Source of the DNA: a virus
Taxonomy: Duplodnaviria > Caudoviricetes
Reading direction: 5' to 3' (one strand)
Length of the DNA: 59,710 nucleotides
Virus record (IMG/VR): IMGVR_UViG_3300022917_000001
Span: 1 to 59,710 of that record
Numbering within the stretch: the first letter of the stretch is position 1; every line of letters begins with the position of its first letter. Shown here one piece after another: positions 55,834 to 59,710 of the stretch. The notes under the pieces are model-generated. The model saw nothing but the letters and a program-made list of their open reading frames with translations. It searched no databases and was not told the origin of the DNA. The translations under genes were made by a program, and so were the position numbers.

Positions 55834-55835
55834 CC

Positions 55836-56306
55836 ATGGGCACCAGCACCGTCGAGCTCACCGACGCCATCGACACCCTCGGCCTCGCCTACCACGAAGT
55901 CGGGCACGGTCTCGTCGCCCGCGCCAGCGGCATGGCCGTGCGACGACTGCGACTCGAACGCTCCTGGAGCGGCCGAGTCACCTGCGGCTACACCCTGCTC
56001 AAGCAGCCCGAACCCGACGCGGCCACCACGGTGTGGCGCGGGTACGCGGTGATGCTGTTCGCCGGGGTCACCGCCCAAGCCCGCTACCTCGACCAAGTCG
56101 GGGCTCTCACCAGCCGAGTCCAAGCCGTCCTCGACAAGAACACCGGCGACTTCGAGGACTGGCTGCAGCACCGCCACCTGTGCGGCATCACCGAATCCGC
56201 CGCCCGCCGAGCCGCCGCCGCGTACTGCGACACCCACTGGCCGCGGATGACCCGCCTCGCCGAACGCCTCGCCACCAACTTCCAGCTGTCGGGGAGCGCA
56301 CTGTGA
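55836..56306 (+). CDS. Stand-alone HExxH Zn peptidase (M41/FtsH protease-like domain)
   Basis: AYHEVGH, LFAG, GDFE. Confidence 0.75.
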   Translation: MGTSTVELTDAIDTLGLAYHEVGHGLVARASGMAVRRLRLERSWSGRVTCGYTLLKQPEPDAATTVWRGYAVMLFAGVTAQARYLDQVGALTSRVQAVLDKNTGDFEDWLQHRHLCGITESAARRAAAAYCDTHWPRMTRLAERLATNFQLSGSAL

Positions 56307-56569
56307 CCAGCCTCTGGATCGCCGCACGTCGGGCGTGGTGGTGGGCCAGTTACCGCCTGATCCTGCTGGTGCTGTCGCTGCTGGCACTGCTGCGGTGGGT
56401 GCTGTTCGGGCTAGCCGTGCTGGCGCACCGCTGCCACTCGCGGCTCGCCGCTCACGGCCAGGTCGTCGCCGACACCCTCGGCGCCACCGCCTACAGCAAC
56501 CAGACCAAGCCGAACAACGACCGCTACGCGCGCGTCGTCTACTCCCTCCTCGACCCCAAGGACCTCTGA
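56303..56569 (+). CDS. Small membrane protein (88 aa)
   Basis: Coupled both sides; hydrophobic N-half. Confidence 0.7.
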   Translation: MTSLWIAARRAWWWASYRLILLVLSLLALLRWVLFGLAVLAHRCHSRLAAHGQVVADTLGATAYSNQTKPNNDRYARVVYSLLDPKDL

Positions 56570-56922
56570 TGGCCAAGCCCAACCCGTTCGACGAGCTCAC
56601 CGAGATGGAACTGCGGGACCCCGACGCGCTCTACGAGTTCTGCGACATCGTCCGCAACCTGTCTCGCGACTTGTCGTTCGCGTTGCAGTTCCAGGCCGAG
56701 ATGCTGCAGGCCGACCTGGGCACCGTGAAGGTCACCGAAGGCCGTTTCGGGGCGCTGTCGTCCAAGGCGCGCGCCAAGACCGTCGCGTCCTGCCTGCGGC
56801 TCGGCGCGGAGGCCGTGACCCACGCCGGGCGACTGTCGGTGAAGTGCTACTCGCTGTTCAAGCGCTACTACCTGACCGAAGAGCCGACCGAGAGCAAGCC
56901 CCGTTTCAAGCTGCCTGCCTGA
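56569..56922 (+). CDS. traA: TraA-like plasmid transfer protein (117 aa)
   Basis: Helical, KARAKTVA..L motif, immediately upstream of traB as in Streptomyces plasmids. Confidence 0.6.
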   Translation: MAKPNPFDELTEMELRDPDALYEFCDIVRNLSRDLSFALQFQAEMLQADLGTVKVTEGRFGALSSKARAKTVASCLRLGAEAVTHAGRLSVKCYSLFKRYYLTEEPTESKPRFKLPA

Positions 56923-56947
56923 CCACCCCTGATCGGAGGAGCACGTC

Positions 56948-58909
56948 GTGTCGAAGAACCTGGTGGCCGCAGCCAAGGATCGGGCGGTGAAGCAGGCCGC
57001 CAGCCGGGCGTCTGTCGTGGTGCGCCCGGCGGCGGCGTTGACCGGCGAGCTGGGTCTGTCGGTGGCGCTGTGGGCGGCCGCCGGGCCGGAGTCGCTGCCG
57101 TGGATGACCCCCGCCCTGTCGCTGTCCACTGCGGGGTTGACCGCGATGGTGTGGCACATCGGCCGTGACCGCACCCCGGTTGGTCGGATCCTGGGCGTCG
57201 GCACCACGGCGCTGACCGGGGCGCACCTGATCGCCGCGTCCATCGTGGGCCCGTTCACGTCGCCGTTGATCGGGATGTGGGGGTGGCTGGGCGGGACCGC
57301 GGTCGCGGCGTGGGTGGTGCGGCTGTGGGTGGCCCGCGACGACGCCACCGTGCAGGGCGCCAAGGACCGGGCGTCGGGGTGGGACGACATCGCCGGGCGC
57401 ACCGGCGGCGCCCTGCAAGGTTCGCTGTTCCGCCCCAAGGAGGTCACGGCAGACAGCATGAAGGGCCCGTTGCAGTTGGAGCCGGGCGCCACGGTCAAGG
57501 ACGCCCAGACCTCGGGGGCGACACTCGCGTCGGTGCTGAAGTTGCCGCCGGGCGGGGTGACCATCACTCCCGACCCGACCGACGCGTCCAAGGGCGAACT
57601 GACCCTGGTGCGGGTTGACGTGCTACGAGACCTCGTCTCGTATGCGGGCCCCTCCGCGTTAGGCGGCACCCCGGTGCAGCCGTACCGGATCGGCCGGTAC
57701 CGCACCGCCAAGACCGCGCTCCTGCCGCTGCACATCCCGAAGTTCGGCGAGATCCACCTGCTGATCATGGGCATGACCGGCGCGGGGAAAACCTACGGCG
57801 CGTACATGCTGTTCGCCGAAGAGTTCACCCGCACCGACACCTACACGATCTACGTCGACACCGTGAAGGGCGCCCAGAGCTTGGGGCCGATCGCGGGCGG
57901 GATCCGGTGGGCGATGCGCACCGAGGCCGAAGCGCTCGCCTTGATGAAGGCGCTTCAGGACCGGGTGATCCCCGGCCGTGCCCAGTACCTCGGTAAGCGG
58001 AAGCTCAAGGTGTGGGAGCCGGGTTGCGGCCTGGTGCGGTTGCGTATCCACGTCGAGGAGGGCGCTGGCCTGTTCCTCGGGAACAAGGCGTTCACCCGCG
58101 TGCTGGAGCGGGCACGCTCTGTCGGTGTTCAGCTGACCGTGTCCTTGCAGCGCCCCTCCTACACCACGCTCGACGTGTCCGCGCGCTCCCAGTTCGGTGC
58201 GGTGTGGTGCTTCGGCGTGGCCGAGACCGAGGACGCCCGGTTCGCGATGCCCGAGGAGGTGCTCAATGCCGGCGCGGACCCGAGCGTGTGGAAGAACAAG
58301 CTGCCGGGTTGCTCCTACGTGGTAGCTCCGCAGATCGACGACGACGACCACGTGGTGCCGCTGCGCGCCGAGCTCCCCGCCGACGACGAGTTGGAGATGC
58401 TCGCCGAGTACGCGCGGATCAACGGCGACGAGTTGGACGCGGTCACCGCCGGCCTGTTCGGCGAGCTCTACACCTCGAGGATTCCGGTGGCGGACATGCT
58501 GGCCGACGACACCACGCCGATCGTGATCGACCTCGACGACGAGGACGACGCCCTGTTCGGTGACGAGAACGACGAGCCTGAGGCATGGGTGCCGTCGGAG
58601 GCGGATCCGGAGCCGAACGTGCAGCCCGACATCGACGATCCGATGGAGCGCCCGGCCAGCACGCTGACGTTCGGCGAGCGCGGCAAGGCCACGCCGGAGG
58701 AGGCCGCGGAGTTGTTCGAGACTCGGCTTCTGGGGCTGCAGCGGGCCGGGCAAGAGGAGGTCCGGGCCGCGGACATGGTCGAGGTCGCCCGCGCGGCGGG
58801 CCGGTCTCCGGCGTGGGTCTACAAGCAGCTCAAGCAGCGGGTGGCGTCGGGTCACCTGGTTCGCACGGACACCGGGTTCCGGTTCGCCCGAGCCCTCACC
58901 CCAGCATGA
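56948..58909 (+). CDS. traB: TraB-type FtsK/SpoIIIE conjugative DNA translocase
   Basis: N-terminal TMs, HLLIMGMTGAGKT Walker A, IHVEE Walker B, ARSVGV..SLQRPS, C-terminal wHTH GRSPAWVYKQL. Confidence 0.88.
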   Translation: MSKNLVAAAKDRAVKQAASRASVVVRPAAALTGELGLSVALWAAAGPESLPWMTPALSLSTAGLTAMVWHIGRDRTPVGRILGVGTTALTGAHLIAASIVGPFTSPLIGMWGWLGGTAVAAWVVRLWVARDDATVQGAKDRASGWDDIAGRTGGALQGSLFRPKEVTADSMKGPLQLEPGATVKDAQTSGATLASVLKLPPGGVTITPDPTDASKGELTLVRVDVLRDLVSYAGPSALGGTPVQPYRIGRYRTAKTALLPLHIPKFGEIHLLIMGMTGAGKTYGAYMLFAEEFTRTDTYTIYVDTVKGAQSLGPIAGGIRWAMRTEAEALALMKALQDRVIPGRAQYLGKRKLKVWEPGCGLVRLRIHVEEGAGLFLGNKAFTRVLERARSVGVQLTVSLQRPSYTTLDVSARSQFGAVWCFGVAETEDARFAMPEEVLNAGADPSVWKNKLPGCSYVVAPQIDDDDHVVPLRAELPADDELEMLAEYARINGDELDAVTAGLFGELYTSRIPVADMLADDTTPIVIDLDDEDDALFGDENDEPEAWVPSEADPEPNVQPDIDDPMERPASTLTFGERGKATPEEAAELFETRLLGLQRAGQEEVRAADMVEVARAAGRSPAWVYKQLKQRVASGHLVRTDTGFRFARALTPA

Positions 58910-58951
58910 TCAACAGAGCGGGGCGGGGCCCGCTCGCCCATCCCCCAGACC

Positions 58952-59127
58952 TGTCACCCCCACAGTCAGCCCGAGAGTGTGCGGTCAGAGGGGGTGAGAC
59001 GGGGGTGAATCACCCCCGTGACAACCAGGGTGAGACGGGGGTGACAAGGGGTGAATCCAGGGTGACACCGCAGGTGACAGGGGTGACAACCAGGGTGAAT
59101 CACCCCCACGTCACCCCGTCTCACCCC
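58952..59127. repeat. clt-like array of GGGTGA(CA) repeats (candidate TraB recognition sites)
   Basis: 9 forward GGTGA cores mostly 9-12 bp apart plus 5 reverse copies, directly after traB. Confidence 0.8.
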
Positions 59128-59154
59128 ACCACGACCACGCGAAAGGACCGCACC

Positions 59155-59710
59155 ATGACCACCGCCCTCACCGCGCCTGACGGAGGCTGGAAGAGTCGCC
59201 GCGCCCGCCGTCGGGCGGAACTCGCGCAAGCCATGAACCTCCTCACCGACGCCCGCCGCAAGCGGGCCACCCAGTCTGCGGCGGAGCGCGCCGCCGGGCA
59301 GTCCGAAGACCCGATGAGCTGGCCACTCCGCATCCTCGCCGGACTGGTCGCGCTGATCGTGCTCGCCGTCGCCGCCGTCATCGGTGTCGTCATCATCGGC
59401 GCCCAGATCGGCTTCTACCAGGCGAACCTCACCGTCAAGACCATCAGCTTCGCCGCCCTCGGCGTCGACACCCCGCTGGACCTGCCGACGTTCACCCCGA
59501 TCGCGACCGAGGGCGTGGTGTGGGCGACCACCCTGCTCGCGGTAGTGATGGTCCTGCTCAACCGCACCGCCACGCTGTGGACCCAGTCGATGTGGTTCTT
59601 CGCGTCAATCGCGGCGTTCGTGAACACCTGGCACTCGGTGTTCGAGGAGAAGGACCTGTTCGGTGGCCTGCTCCGTGGTGGCCTGTCGCTGGCGGGCCCG
59701 TTCTTGGTGC
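59155..59710 (+). CDS. 5' part of Spd/DUF2637-like membrane protein (continues to 1020)
   Basis: GAAAGGA RBS, ATG 59155, open through junction, several TM helices; missed by ORF track. Confidence 0.8.
   Translation, partial: MTTALTAPDGGWKSRRARRRAELAQAMNLLTDARRKRATQSAAERAAGQSEDPMSWPLRILAGLVALIVLAVAAVIGVVIIGAQIGFYQANLTVKTISFAALGVDTPLDLPTFTPIATEGVVWATTLLAVVMVLLNRTATLWTQSMWFFASIAAFVNTWHSVFEEKDLFGGLLRGGLSLAGPFLV

Larger units (their letters stand above)
1..59710. mobile_element. Complete circular temperate actinobacteriophage (siphovirus-type) genome carrying a TraB conjugation cassette
   Basis: Contiguous packaging, head, tail, lysis, integration, immunity and replication modules; ends overlap by 127 bp; no host housekeeping operons. 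Confidence 0.95.

Noticed and set aside
56948-58909. ATPase as chromosomal FtsK, T7SS EccC or T4SS coupling protein
   Set aside because: Single ATPase domain with TraB-style wHTH; no WXG100, relaxase or VirB genes seen.
59039-59088. Shared GTGACA core between clt-like repeats and immunity operators
   Set aside because: Only 6 bp with different flanks (GG versus CA); chance is sufficient.
58952-59127. Repeat arrays (also 628-947, 12864-13029) as CRISPR
   Set aside because: Units of 6-9 bp with few-bp gaps; no unique 30-40 bp spacers.
59584-59710. 127-bp terminal direct repeat as a biological phage end
   Set aside because: Length matches a common assembler k-mer and it falls mid-gene; it indicates circular closure only.
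53667-59710. Cassette as an independent AICE inserted in the phage
   Set aside because: No own integrase, excisionase, Rep or visible flanking att repeats; it would depend on phage functions. An AICE origin remains likely.

Overview
The window is a complete, circularly closed genome (about 59,583 bp; bases 1-127 repeat as 59584-59710) of a high-GC temperate siphovirus infecting an actinomycete. It has a full virion module (terminase, portal, scaffold, major capsid, head-tail connectors, major tail, frameshifted chaperones, 1294-aa tape measure, Dit/Tal-like proteins), GH25 lysis genes, a tyrosine integrase/excisionase with a divergent repressor/Cro switch, RecT plus a Cas4-like exonuclease, an iteron-containing initiator plus DnaB, a methyltransferase, WhiB and an initiator tRNA. 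The outstanding feature is a terminator-bounded ~6.9 kb cassette (53667 through the junction to 1020) resembling the transfer module of Streptomyces conjugative plasmids/AICEs. It comprises a GntR-UTRA (Kor/TraR-type) repressor divergent from an operon encoding a HExxH peptidase, TraA-like and TraB-like (FtsK/SpoIIIE) proteins, an ~11-bp-phased clt-like repeat array and an Spd/DUF2637-like membrane protein whose gene carries a second phased array. This suggests an integrative phage that may spread both as virions and by hyphal conjugation. All assignments come from motif recognition by eye; no database searches were run.
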